Below the pieces are notes generated by a model. That model saw only the letters and a program-made list of their open reading frames with translations. It had not been told where the DNA came from and searched no databases. A stretch of 49,719 nt of DNA, taken from contig JAUCBJ010005081.1 of NCBI GenBank assembly GCA_032718475.1, forward strand, positions 1 through 49,719, read 5' to 3'. The translations under genes and the position numbers were made by a program. The DNA comes from Nemertoderma westbladi. Taxonomy: Eukaryota > Animalia > Xenacoelomorpha. Position 1 is the first letter of the stretch, and every line of letters begins with the position of its first letter. Shown one piece after another: positions 1 through 10,920 of the stretch.

Positions 1-247
1 GGTCAAAGAAAAGAATTAGAAAAAAGAAAAGGACAAAAAAGTCATAAAAAACTGGTTGGATATTATGTATAGCTATAGTAACTGTAAATGCTGAATGTAT
101 TAGCAATAAGATGATAGATGCCTATATAGCAATGTTATTAATAAACTGAATTAAATAAAAAACTGAATTATTCTGCTATCGCTATAGTTTCAGACTTTCT
201 GGACTTATAATTAACTGATCTAATTTGTAACGGATATAATCGTAAAT

Positions 248-2848
248 ATGGACCCAAATCGCCAAATTATCGGCGAATTACGTAACACGATAGATCTACT
301 GGAATATTCGCAACCCGGATCCCCTGACTTTGATACAAATTGGAGCACCCTGCTAAATGAGAACGTGCGAGTCATTAAATTCACCGGGCGAGAGGGACCG
401 GATTCTAAGAATCTACGAGCCCTCCGGTTAGCTGATGCTAGTACGAGACTGAAAAGAACTCGGAACGCAAAGGCAACCGGAGGGGACGATTCGTCGTTTT
501 GGGAAACGTTCCGGCAGAGCGTCTACAGATCCCGATGTTTGATCTACGACAACGAGGGAAACGCGACGCCCACCTCGAAAGCGATTACGTTGGCGAGATG
601 TCAAAGTTTCGTCGACGACAAGAGTACGTACCTCGCCCACTGGGGAAACCTGTCGGAGTGTACGGCGACGCTTCGAGAGGAACGCGTATCGATTATCCAA
701 AACCGAGACGACTACCAAGAAAAGTACGGGGCGAAAGAATACGGTCGATCCTTAGTCGTCGTCCTCGGAACCCTGGACGGTTTGGTACTGGTGTGCCGAA
801 TATTCCCGACACCCAGACAGGAAGTGCAGGCAGCCGGAGCGATCTGGTTGCTGCCTCCGGAAATCCAAAAGATCCTCTTCGACTTCGACGTCATTAAAAT
901 CGGGTCGGATATCAAGGCGGACGTCCGGAACGACTACGCGAACGCCCCTGCAGGAAGAAACCGACGAGACGACCTCAACGCCCTTAGCCATTGCATCGAC
1001 ACTCAAACGCTACTAGCCTGGTTACGATTCGCCGAGTTCATGCGAGGATTCCAAGAGGTGAGACCGACGAAATCCGGGATCGGCTACCTCGCTGTGCTCA
1101 ACGGCGGTATCGACTTCAAACCCCAGAAATTCCGGGACTATAATAAAATATACGGTGGATACCCGGGATTGGAAATAAAGAGCGAGCGAGAGGGTCGATG
1201 GAAGGACGTTGATCGGAAGTGGACGATACACCAAAGGTGGGAGAATCCTGATCGACGGAACTACGTTTACGTCGTTATGGAGTGCTACACCGTCGCTAAG
1301 TTTATCTGTAAAACTCTCGATAACCTTATTACGGCGGTCCCCCTTTCCTTCGTCGACTACGACTGGAACGAGGTTATAAACCACGCGTTTAAAGCGGTCG
1401 AGAACATTACACCGGGAGAATCGAAAACACCCGCCGTTATCGATTCCTGGGACGAGAGCGGACCTTACGACATCCCTACGATTACCGAACTTCTCGGTGC
1501 GGAGGAGCCTCTGATCTCCTCGGAAGGGGAAGAGATATGGCTAAACGAGGGTGTTCTACTCTCCACCCCGAAGCGACAACTCGAGCCGGAGGCCGCGTAT
1601 GGACCGGCCGCCAAACGGGTTGCCTCGGCCGAACCGATGAAGAGAGCAGGCGTTTACACCCCACGCGGCTCCGGTAGCCCCGCGAGGGAGGTAGCCACTA
1701 CAGCTGCATTGAGCGACTTCGGCGACATATGCCAACGGTTATCCCCGTATCCTTTCCCGGGTGGCGAAGATTGGTCGTCGGAGATTCCGAGTACCAGCCA
1801 CCAACGGACCCGCGCAGCGATACTGATCGAGGAGGGCCCCAGCGATGCGCCGACCCCCGACGATCTCCTCGGTATCCCTCCGTCTAAAACCCCGGCACCT
1901 CTTCGCCGACCAGCGGTGGCTACTACACCCGCCGTTCCTCAGGACCCTATGCGACTAACCCGTTGGTACGCCGAGCAAACTGAATGGATCCACCGCCAGA
2001 AACGGTCATCCGAGTTGAGACCAGCGGGACACAAAGAAGGTTATCGGAGCGAGAACCTATTACGCAAAAGCCTAGCATTCCGCGGGCTACCGACCACCGA
2101 GAATATTCCGAAGAGCGACCGACGACTCGAATACTACGTCGGCGTCCCGATTCCGATATTTCCTGGTCGAGAGATACAGTTGGAGGTATGCGGCGACTGC
2201 GGTTCGGAGCAGTGCCCACGCAGCAGAAGGAATCGGGTTACCGATTCTTGCCTCCAGCTCCTCGGGATACTCTATTGCCCATACTGCGCGACATCGGGCC
2301 ACGACGTTTCCGTCTGCCCGATCCTTTATAACCTCTGCACCACGTGCGGTTTCCGTGGACATTCCTCTAGCCCCCGCTGCTATATCAAATGTCCAACCAA
2401 AGACGTTACCGCTATGGGCAATATGGTCATGTTTGAGACATACGCAAACAGCCACTTAAAGACCAAGGTTCGGAGAAACGCTCGGAATATCGCGCAGGAG
2501 ATGGCGTGCGGATATTTCTCCTTCCCGGAACGCCTCCACACGTCGGCCACGCTACCTTTCCATTACGTGGATCTGCTACTGAGCGCCGGATTATTCGGTC
2601 CATTTGAAGTCATTAGACGATTATACTCGTATAAAGAGGAGTTCGGTGACGGAGAATGGTTCCTAGAGGCACGCAAATCTGAGTTGGAGAGACGAACCGA
2701 CATGATCCCGATGCCTTCGAAAGGAAGAGCCGCCAGGAGACAAGCCGAAGCGTTACTCACGATGGATGTTGACGCTCCTCTACCAGCCATAGCGATCGAT
2801 GAGAGTCGACGGGCGAAGAGACGAAAGGCGTATCAGAGAAAGAAATAG
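248..2848 (+). CDS. 866-aa retroelement accessory protein: degenerate DEDDy/WRN-EXD-like 3'-5' exonuclease domain, low-complexity linker, CCHC zinc knuckles, basic C-terminus
   Basis: Long, intronless, GC/CpG-rich ORF in AT-rich flanks. LPPEIQKILFDFDVIKIGSDIKAD..CIDTQTL..GIGYLA..RW..YVYVVMECY follows the WRN/EXD layout (LP..L..LL.D..I.KVG.GI..D..CVDL..GL..LA..W..YAA.D). CPYCATSGHDVSVC is CX2CX4HX4C and CTTCGFRGHSSSPRC is CX2CX4HX5C. The protein ends RRAKRRKAYQRKK. ORF is well supported; the domain call is by eye. Confidence 0.7.
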   Translation: MDPNRQIIGELRNTIDLLEYSQPGSPDFDTNWSTLLNENVRVIKFTGREGPDSKNLRALRLADASTRLKRTRNAKATGGDDSSFWETFRQSVYRSRCLIYDNEGNATPTSKAITLARCQSFVDDKSTYLAHWGNLSECTATLREERVSIIQNRDDYQEKYGAKEYGRSLVVVLGTLDGLVLVCRIFPTPRQEVQAAGAIWLLPPEIQKILFDFDVIKIGSDIKADVRNDYANAPAGRNRRDDLNALSHCIDTQTLLAWLRFAEFMRGFQEVRPTKSGIGYLAVLNGGIDFKPQKFRDYNKIYGGYPGLEIKSEREGRWKDVDRKWTIHQRWENPDRRNYVYVVMECYTVAKFICKTLDNLITAVPLSFVDYDWNEVINHAFKAVENITPGESKTPAVIDSWDESGPYDIPTITELLGAEEPLISSEGEEIWLNEGVLLSTPKRQLEPEAAYGPAAKRVASAEPMKRAGVYTPRGSGSPAREVATTAALSDFGDICQRLSPYPFPGGEDWSSEIPSTSHQRTRAAILIEEGPSDAPTPDDLLGIPPSKTPAPLRRPAVATTPAVPQDPMRLTRWYAEQTEWIHRQKRSSELRPAGHKEGYRSENLLRKSLAFRGLPTTENIPKSDRRLEYYVGVPIPIFPGREIQLEVCGDCGSEQCPRSRRNRVTDSCLQLLGILYCPYCATSGHDVSVCPILYNLCTTCGFRGHSSSPRCYIKCPTKDVTAMGNMVMFETYANSHLKTKVRRNARNIAQEMACGYFSFPERLHTSATLPFHYVDLLLSAGLFGPFEVIRRLYSYKEEFGDGEWFLEARKSELERRTDMIPMPSKGRAARRQAEALLTMDVDAPLPAIAIDESRRAKRRKAYQRKK

Positions 2849-3004
2849 TGGATCGGGATATTCCAGGAACATTTATCGAACATTTATTTTTATACAAACT
2901 CTAGGCCAAATTAATTAAAAACTATGCAATATTAAATTTGGGTTTTTTATATTGGGAATGACCTACGCAAACTCAATCGACCGACAGACTTCACGAAGGT
3001 CATT

Positions 3005-3012
3005 GGGGGGGA
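3005..3012 (+). promoter_or_regulatory. Polypurine tract of an LTR retroelement
   Basis: GGGGGGGA lies one base before TGTT, the start of the putative LTR. Confidence 0.6.
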
Positions 3013-3013
3013 C

Positions 3014-5056
3014 TGTTCGCGGTATTTCAACTTTCCATAACGCGAGTTGAATATTTTTGTATTTATTTAAAATTGATTATTCCGATATTACTACTGGGTG
3101 CGGGACCATGGGTTTTGGGCACATTCAATAAACTGGGGGCGATTTATGGGCGAACTTTGGGGCAACTTACAGGGTACGGGAATAATTTCATAGTTATAAG
3201 GGCCAGGGGGGGATGGAAAATGCAAGCAGTATTCAGGTTAGCCTGAGTACTATTAGGCCCTGGCCAACTTCCTGCTGCCTGTAGGGGTGGATTTGGTAAT
3301 GCGCCAGGCCTAAAGGACAAGGACTGCCCTTAGCGGTCCCTGGCCAACAGCAGCCATTACGAGACTGAAAAGAACTCGGACCGCTGACTGCTTGTGTCAG
3401 GGATTTGCGACGGGCACCGACGGCCCCTTAGTAGCCAAGCCGTTCTGGTTCTCGATGATCGTTCCCTTCGGGGTTCGTGAGGGGTGGAGCGGACACGCGA
3501 ACGGGTGGCCAACTAACGACTGCCCCCTGACCTAAGCCGTACTGGTTCTCGATGACCGATCCCTTCGGGGTTCGTGAGGGGTGGGACGGACATGCGAAAG
3601 GGCTGGCCACAGGACGGGTTTGACGAGAACTGCCCTTAGCGGTCTCTGGTCAACGGCAGCTACTACGAGACTGAAAAGAACTCGGAACGCTGACTGCTTG
3701 TACTGGGATTTGCGACGGGAACCGACGACAGACCCCTTAGCCAAGCCGTACTGGTTCTCGATGATCGTTCCCTTCGGGGTTCGTGAGGGGTGGAACGGAC
3801 ACGCGATGGGGTCGAAAGACAAAGGACTAGACTCGACTAGACTCTACTGGCCTACCGACTGTTCGGAGCAGTTTCTCGGCTGCCGAAGCGACTACGAGCC
3901 GGAAACGGACTCGGAAAGCCTAGGTGGTTGGGTTTCTGTGATGAACTGACGGACCCCTAGCCAAGCCGTTCTGGTTCTCGATGATCGAACCCTTCGGGGT
4001 TCGTGAGGGGTGGAACGGACACGCGAACGGGTCCACCGACACGACAGACTCCTAGCCAAGCCGTACTGGTTCTCGATGACCGAACCCTTCGGGGTTCGAG
4101 AGGGTTGGTACGGATACGCGACAGAGTCTACCGACTGGACCGACCCTTAGCCAAGCCGTGCTGGTTCTCGATGATCGTTCCCTTCGGGGTTCGTGAGGGG
4201 TGGAACGGACACGCGACAGGGTCGACCGACACCGACACTACGGCACTAAGACTGGGACCGAGGGAAAATCTGGGGAACATTAGGTAGGCTAAAATTCTGA
4301 GCAAACAGTGGGTTATTAAATAATATACTGTAGGGATTTATATTATCGTGTATAATTATTGTGAATATTTGGTGTATATTGATTTGGGGAAGCCCAAAAT
4401 TATTCTTAATCAAGTTTCAATGATGTTGAACGGGTTTCAACTATAGGAAGTTACATTAAAGAGTATATCCAACTAATGCAGCTTTTTATCAACCGCAAAC
4501 TTGCATCTCAGAAAATATTCCCTCCCCACAATCAATATCCGGTGACTGGCCGGGGCTCGGTGGTCTGTTAAGTCACGTCTCCAGCATCGGCGTTTTTCCC
4601 CCCTGGTGTAGGGATAACGGCAACACTTATAATAACAATCGCTACAGGTGAACCTAATTTCACCAAAATCGGAGATAACAAATTTTCGGATTTGATTGAC
4701 AAGTTTGTTGCAAATTGTCAGCGGTTTTTTCCGATTTTTGGAGCACAAATTTCTTTCTCAGAATCTCAGCCGAAATTTTTCTACGTAAATTTGGGGTCGC
4801 TGATTCCGAATTTCAAGTCAAGTTTTCCATTTCGACCTACGGTTAGACTTTTATACGCGCCGAAATTTCGAGAATATTGACAAGATATACAATTTTTGTA
4901 AGCAGTTTTCCCAGATAACGTGTTACCTGGTGTTTCGAAGATGACTTAATCAACTTCAATTTGGGGAACATAGTAGGACAAATTATCAGAGAACATATGG
5001 GTTTGGTTAGTTTTATTCCATTTGCCTCGGATTTATTACTTTTAATAACGCAAACA
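3014..5056 (+). mobile_element. Putative ~2.04-kb 3' LTR (TGTT...AACA) of a BEL/Pao- or Gypsy-type element whose body extends left of the window
   Basis: Starts TGTTCGCGGTATT after the PPT and ends AATAACGCAAACA, an 11/13 inverted match. The partner LTR and gag-pol are not in the window. Confidence 0.6.
3326..4224 (+). ncRNA. Array of structured RNA hairpins: six ~69-nt K-turn/cUUCGg hairpins, two longer GAAA-capped hairpins and one variant
   Basis: Type A cores at 3432-3500, 3534-3597, 3738-3806, 3958-4026, 4053-4121 and 4148-4216. Type B at 3326-3415 and 3632-3720. Basal stems show compensatory changes. ACCGAC linkers recur between units. Confidence 0.65.
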
Positions 5057-5497
5057 TTACGTTATGGAATTACACAACAAAGAAAAAGGCTTTTTTGAAT
5101 TTTTTTATAGTGAAAGTTTAATTTTAACTAAACATATTGCGCATAAGTAGATATGTTCAAAATGCCCGCCATGGTAAAGAAATTTAAGCTGATTTAGAAA
5201 GCCTGTACGTACAGCTGTATTGGTGTCGTTACGGAATTACAAACCAGATCGTTATGGAATTTCAAACAAATGTGAGAAGTTTTTGAACTGGGATATTTGT
5301 CATCGTGATTTACATACAACGCCATGACCCGGAATATAATGTCGTCGTAATTCAATGACAAAAGGATTTCACTTCCCGACCACTTAGTGGGAGAGGCGGA
5401 CTTTTTATATTTGCTTTCAATCTTTAGCGACAACCGTTAAAAAAAAGTGTCTCCTGTGATATTACACAAGTCCCACCGCAGTTATTTTTCAACTTTG

Positions 5498-5776
5498 TAG
5501 TACTACTACTACTACTAGGATCGGCATGCTGCATTGCAGCTGCATTTTTAAGAATGCTGTGCCGGCTTGTCTACAAAATTGCGCCGCCACAACTCCCTAT
5601 CACCCATGGCATTTGCTAGATCATCTGCATCTTCAAGGCCAGTGTCCTTTAAGATGCGTCTCAAGAAAGTCATGGGCTGTCCAACATGCTTATTCACTCC
5701 ATGAGGCTGCCAAAGTACAAGATTATGCACTGGCTGGTCCTCACGGCGAAAGCAATGTCCTGCAAAGCGGAGGCGA
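5498..5776 (-). mobile_element. 3' fragment of an RTE-clade LINE, same family as 45543-47251
   Basis: (TAG)n tail (tac repeats on +) and near-identity to 45543-45812, encoding RLRFAGHCFRREDQPVHNLVLWQP. Confidence 0.9.
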
Positions 5777-5903
5777 AACCCGTTTTTAGTTCCAGTTTTT
5801 ACCCTAAAAACAGTATGTGAGGAAGGGCACAGTGTATCAAGGATTTTGATTACCAAAAACCGTCGTCACTTTTGTTTGCTGCTCCACCGATCTCTGCAAC
5901 AAA

Positions 5904-6065
5904 GATAAACCGAACGCCGCTGATAAACCGAACGCCGCTGATAAACCGAACGCCGCTGATAAACCGAACGCCGCTGATAAACCGAACGCCGCTGATAAAC
6001 CGAACGCCGCTGATAAACCGAACGCCGCTGATAAACCGAACGCCGCTGATAAACCGAACGCCGCC
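5904..6065. repeat. 18-bp minisatellite, 9 copies (GATAAACCGAACGCCGCT)
   Basis: Nearly perfect tandem copies. Confidence 0.95.
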
Positions 6066-6102
6066 GATACCAACCGAGTCTCGATGATTGCGTTCATTCT
6101 AC

Positions 6103-6151
6103 CATGACCTACTATAACAGTTATAGTTGTTAACTGTTAAAGTAGGTCATG
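6103..6151. repeat. Inverted repeat, ~21-bp stem
   Basis: CATGACCTACT.TAACAGTTA pairs with TAACTGTTA.AGTAGGTCATG. Confidence 0.8.
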
Positions 6152-7402
6152 ACGCTATGCCACAGAATCACGACCTCTCTAAAAGTAACATCTCTGATCC
6201 TGTCAACCATACGTTTTTCTTCAGAGTCATCGAAGATTGCACTGCAAATCTGATTACTAACGCTGGATAAATTATATATTTTTTTAATTGTAATTAAATC
6301 AAAAATATCGAAAAAGTAACATAGGTTTAAATAATTGCCTATAACATTTTTATACTTTCGTATTGGACCCTAAATTTTTGCATGCAAGCTCAGAATTAAA
6401 TTCTCATAAATTTAAATTAATTTAAATATATTACACTAAGGTGGATGTCTGGTTTTGGCTGGCCAGGGGGTGGGGGGGGGGGGGGGGGGATCATTATGGA
6501 ACACCCGGTAGAAGGTATTATTATACTGTTTCAATTCAGTGTTTCATAATATAGTGAGTGAACAGTGATTACATTGGTCATATTGACTTAGGCCCTTTAA
6601 AAAAACACAATGTATATAATGGATTCTAGGAATCTCTGATTTAGGCCGTTATGGAATTGGAATTATCTCAATAACCCCGCATTCTGGTGCGTTGGGGGTC
6701 TAACTGTGCTCCGAACTATATGCTACCTAATTGCATACTGGCTTATAAAAAGTTACTTAGGCCCTTATGATATTACAGCATCGATGTGATTTCTGGGTTT
6801 AAAAAATTAATTAAATTAATTTTAATATATTCAGATAAAGGACAGTATTGGCGGTGATTTCAAACCAAAACAATAAACACAACACTTTATTGCATATTAG
6901 ACCAGTTTGCGCTGGAGATTCCCATTACAATAAAAGTAAGTACAAATGTTCTAGAACACTCACCTGATGCAATGAAATTGGTATCAAATCATGAACCAGT
7001 GTATAATTCGCATCATTTTGGAAAAATTTTCAATGTTGATACTACTACTACTAGGATCGGCATGCTGCATTGCAGCTGGGTCAATAAGCTTAAAAGTGGC
7101 CAATGGTTTGTCCGGAAGTTACGATATAATTTTAAATGCTTTAATTTATTCGTATTTAATAAAGTTATATATTATTTTGTAGCTAATTTATTTGCGCAGC
7201 TTACGCACTAAAAATTATCAAAATCTGTAAAGGCAGTCAAAAGAAAAGATATGCCCCATCAAAGACTGAAATATCGTGAAAATCACTTGTCCCTTACATG
7301 ACACGACCACAAACAACTGTAAATTTTATCACCCCAAGTGGCAAATATATAGGAAACCTATATATTGTTGGGGAGCTAAGAAGTTTTGCTTTCTTTTCCG
7401 AT

Positions 7403-7578
7403 ATATTTCAGACCATAATATTTATATTGAACCATTTGAGATCGAGACATAAAATGGGCATGGATTTTTCAATTTTTGTGTGACATCTGTATATTTCAGG
7501 CCATAATATTTATATTGAACCATTTGAGATCGAGACATAAAATGGGCATGGATTTTTCAATTTTTGTATGACATCTGT
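7403..7578. repeat. 88-bp direct tandem duplication, 2 copies
   Basis: ATATTTCAG.CCATAATATTTATATTGAACC...GACATCTGT occurs twice in a row. Confidence 0.9.
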
Positions 7579-7855
7579 AACATTTACGTTGTAGCAACTT
7601 ACAATATCGTTAAAACATATTAATTTGATTCTCAGTAAGTTGTTATATTAATACGGTCAGCGCTGTCAGATAAGCTGATTATCCTGGTGTTGTTGTTAAG
7701 TTGCTAAGCAACATACCAATCTCACTATGTACTAACAGCTGTAGTCCTAATCTCAGCTATATGGGGAGGTGAGATAGGTCCTACTATTTAGAGTATTGTC
7801 CAGTAATTGTGACTCCGCCACATGACCCCCCCCCCCCCCCCAGACTCGAAATAGT

Positions 7856-10555
7856 TTACAAATAGTCCGGCGGGTGGATTGTTCGTCCTGACCGAGTTTG
7901 TGTGGGCGCTAAGGGTGGGCTCTGTGATGGGACAATTTTATTCGGAGCCGCTGGTTGTATGGGAACCGGAATAGGGTTAGGTGGTCGACCACGGCGCCGT
8001 GGATGGTCAAGGGTGACAGGTTTAGTTATGTCAAGATGTGCTGGTTTCAGTCGGTCGACCGAAACTGTTTCGGTACGACCCCCCATCTCAATCTTGAACG
8101 TTTTTGTTCCAGTTTCGAGAACCCTGTAGGGGCCCTCATAGGGCCGTTCTAGCGGTGTCCGGTGGGCATCGCGTCGGATGAAGACGTAGGTGGCGTTCTG
8201 TAGGCCCGGGGGAACTGACGACGAAGTCAAACCATGGCGTGATGTGGGAACCGGAACAAAACGCCCAACCACTTGACGAAGTTGGGGAAGTATTGTTGAC
8301 GGGGTGTGTTGGGTTTCTATAGACGGTGGTAGGAACTCTCCCGGGACAGTGAGCGGAGCACCATAAACGAGCTCGGCGGAGGAGGTTCCTAAGTCGTCCT
8401 TGGGTGCTGTCCGGATTCCGAGAAGCACCCATGGTAATGCGTCTACCCAATCAGGGTTGTCGAGAGAGGCTCGAAGGGCAGACTTGAGATGACGGTGAAA
8501 CCGTTCTACCAGTCCATTCGCCTGTGGGTGATACGCGGTGGTGCGGTGTAGTTGGATGCCCAGCAGCTTGTTGATGGCCGACCAGAAGTGGGAGGTGAAT
8601 TGTGAACCCCAGTCCGATGAGAGATCGGCTGGAACACCGAATCGGGCGATCCATGTCGAAATGAGTGCACGCGCACAGCTCTCTGTGGAAGTTTCACTGA
8701 GGGGTACAGCCTCTGGCCACCGAGTGAAGCGGTCCACAATCGTCAGCAGGTGGGTGAAACCGTGTGATGGTGGTAGAGGACCAACGAGATCAACATGTAT
8801 GTGGTCGAATCGGCGGTGAGGGGTTGCGAAGGTGCCGAGGGGTGCACGTATGTTGCGTTGCACCTTGGAGGTCCGGCACGGGATGCAGGTCTTAACCCAG
8901 TCTCCTACTTCTTTGCGGAGGCCGTGCCAGACAAACATATCAGCAATGATTGTCTTGGTTGCGCGAGCCCCAGGGTGTGACAGACCGTGGATGGTGTTGA
9001 ATACACGTCGTCGCCAGGCCTTGGGAACGACTGGGCGAGGGTGGCCGAGGGAGGTGTCGCATTGTAGTGTGGCACCTGATGGGCCAAGTGAGACGTCCTC
9101 CAGCTGAAGGCCGGAAACAGCCGTGCGGTACATGGCCATCTCTGTGTCGACAAGTTGAGCGTCCGCCATGGCCCTGTAGTCGAGCCCAGGAAGCAAGTTG
9201 CATATGGTGTTAGTATTAGTCCTGGAGAGTGCATCTGCCACACAGTTGTCTTTACCAGCGATGCGTTGGATGTCTGTGGTAAACTCCGAGATGTAGGAGA
9301 GGTGACGCTGCTGTCTATTGGACCATGGGTCACTGATCTTTGCGAGCACAAAAGTTAGTGGTTTGTAGTCAGTGTACACGGTGAAGGGCCGACCTTCCAG
9401 GAAGTACCGGAAGTGGCGGATTGCTAGGTACAGCGCAAGCAGCTCCCGGTCGAATGCACTATATTTGACTTCCGGGGGACGTAGTTGGCGGCTAAAGAAC
9501 GCAAGGGGGCGCCATGAGTTACCGATGAGTTGTTCTAGAACAGCACCCACTGCTGTACCTGATGCGTCCACTGTGAGTGCTGTGTGGGCGTTGGTGTTGG
9601 GATGAGTTAACATCGTCGCATTGGCGAGGGCATCCTTTGCGATCTGGAATGCGTGATCCATGTTGGGAGTCCAGTTTAGTGTTTCCCCGCCAGGGCCGCA
9701 TATAGGGGTCGCATGATGTCAGCAGCGGAGGGGACGAACCGATGGTAAAAGTTTACCATCCCCACAAACTCCTGTAGGCCTTTCACCGTGGTTGGCTGTG
9801 TAAACTCCCGGATGGCGGCGACCTTGTCGGGGAGCGGAACAGCACCGTGAGTTGAAATACGGTGGCCAAGGAAGTCGATTGTTTCACGACCAAACTGACA
9901 TTTTGCCAGGTTGATAACAAGGCCTTGGTGTTGAAGGCGCATGAAGAGCTGATGGAGGTGTTCACGGTGCTCCGACTTGGACCGACTTGCAACGAGAATG
10001 TCATCGAGGGAAACAAATATGAAGTCGAGTCCCTGGCACACCGTGTCCATCAGTCTCTGGAAGGCCTGGGCTGCGTTCTTCAGCCCGAACGGCATCCGAA
10101 GGAACTCGAACAGTCCGAACGGGGTGATGACCGCAGTCTTGGCGATGTCGGCTTCTCGCTGTGACAGGGATCTGGTGGTAGCCGCGCACCAGATCGATCT
10201 TCGAGAAGATCTTCGCACCTGCCAGTCGGGAGGAGAAGTCCTGGATGTGGGGGATGGGGTATCGGTCCGGAGTTGTGGCGTCGTTAAGTCGTCGGTAGTC
10301 GCCACACGGCCGCCAACCGACCGAGGGTTTGGGGGCCATGTGGAGGGGCGACGCCCAGGGACTGTTGGACCAGCGGATGATCCCCATCTCTTCCATTTTG
10401 CGGAACTCCTCCCTCGCGATTTCCAGTTTATCTGGAGGTAGGCGACGGACCCTGCGTGGGGATGTAGTGCTCCACGCCGTGTTTCGCGGTCGGGTCAGAA
10501 AACCGTGGTACTGTAATGTCAGGATATTCGGCAAGTATCTGGGCGAACTCGTCAT
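7856..10555 (-). pseudogene. Gypsy pol (RT, RNase H, integrase), frameshifted
   Basis: Motifs [38 protein letters not shown] (for YLDD), TVDASG, VADALSR, HHCC zinc finger, HVDLVGP and NGLVERFH, spread over three ORFs. Confidence 0.92.
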
Positions 10556-10572
10556 TGGAGGCAGCTATAGAA

Positions 10573-10920
10573 CTAAGGTGGAGGGCGTGGCCCCGGGTCT
10601 GTCCACATGGGATCGAGAGGATCGCCGAGTCCGTTTAGGTCCCAGAGCCTTGCGGCACGGTCGCGCCGTGAGAGGCTGTATGTTTTATTGAGTTTCGCCT
10701 TTAGGGAGTTATATTTATCTCCGGCTGGAGGATCTCGTATTAGGTTGAGGAGCCGGCTGGCGGTGTCTTGGTCCAAAGCACCCACGACGTAGTAGTACTT
10801 CGTGTCGTCCGCTATGATACTACGGATATTAAATTGTGCCTCGGCCTGGGCGAACCATACCTCAGGCTGGGAAGTCCAGAAGGAGGGGAGTTTCAGGGAG
10901 ACTGCGTTCGCTTCAACCAT
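10573..10920 (-). pseudogene. Truncated Gypsy gag N-terminus
   Basis: AVSLKLPSFWTSQPEVWFAQAEAQF is a typical Mag-like gag start. Similarity breaks after LNGLGD (~10620) and joins the post-protease linker, so the gag C-terminus and protease are missing. Confidence 0.85.

Noticed and set aside
428-2790. Short alternative-frame and antisense ORFs over the 866-aa ORF (likewise over Gypsy pol)
   Set aside because: Shadow ORFs of GC-rich coding DNA with no recognisable motifs.
3738-3813. Hammerhead or HDV-like ribozyme, or tRNA-derived unit, in the LTR hairpins
   Set aside because: CGAUGA is not CUGANGA and no GAAA follows the stem. There is no P1 partner or L3 for an HDV fold. TAGCCAAG and GGTTCG resemble A/B boxes, but I could not build a cloverleaf.
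3425-4224. CRISPR-like repeat-spacer array, with a spacer matching the adjacent ORF
   Set aside because: Eukaryotic context with no cas genes. Repeats are ~69 nt, spacers vary from ~25 to ~150 nt, are related to each other and base-pair with unit flanks. Better explained as RNA hairpins.
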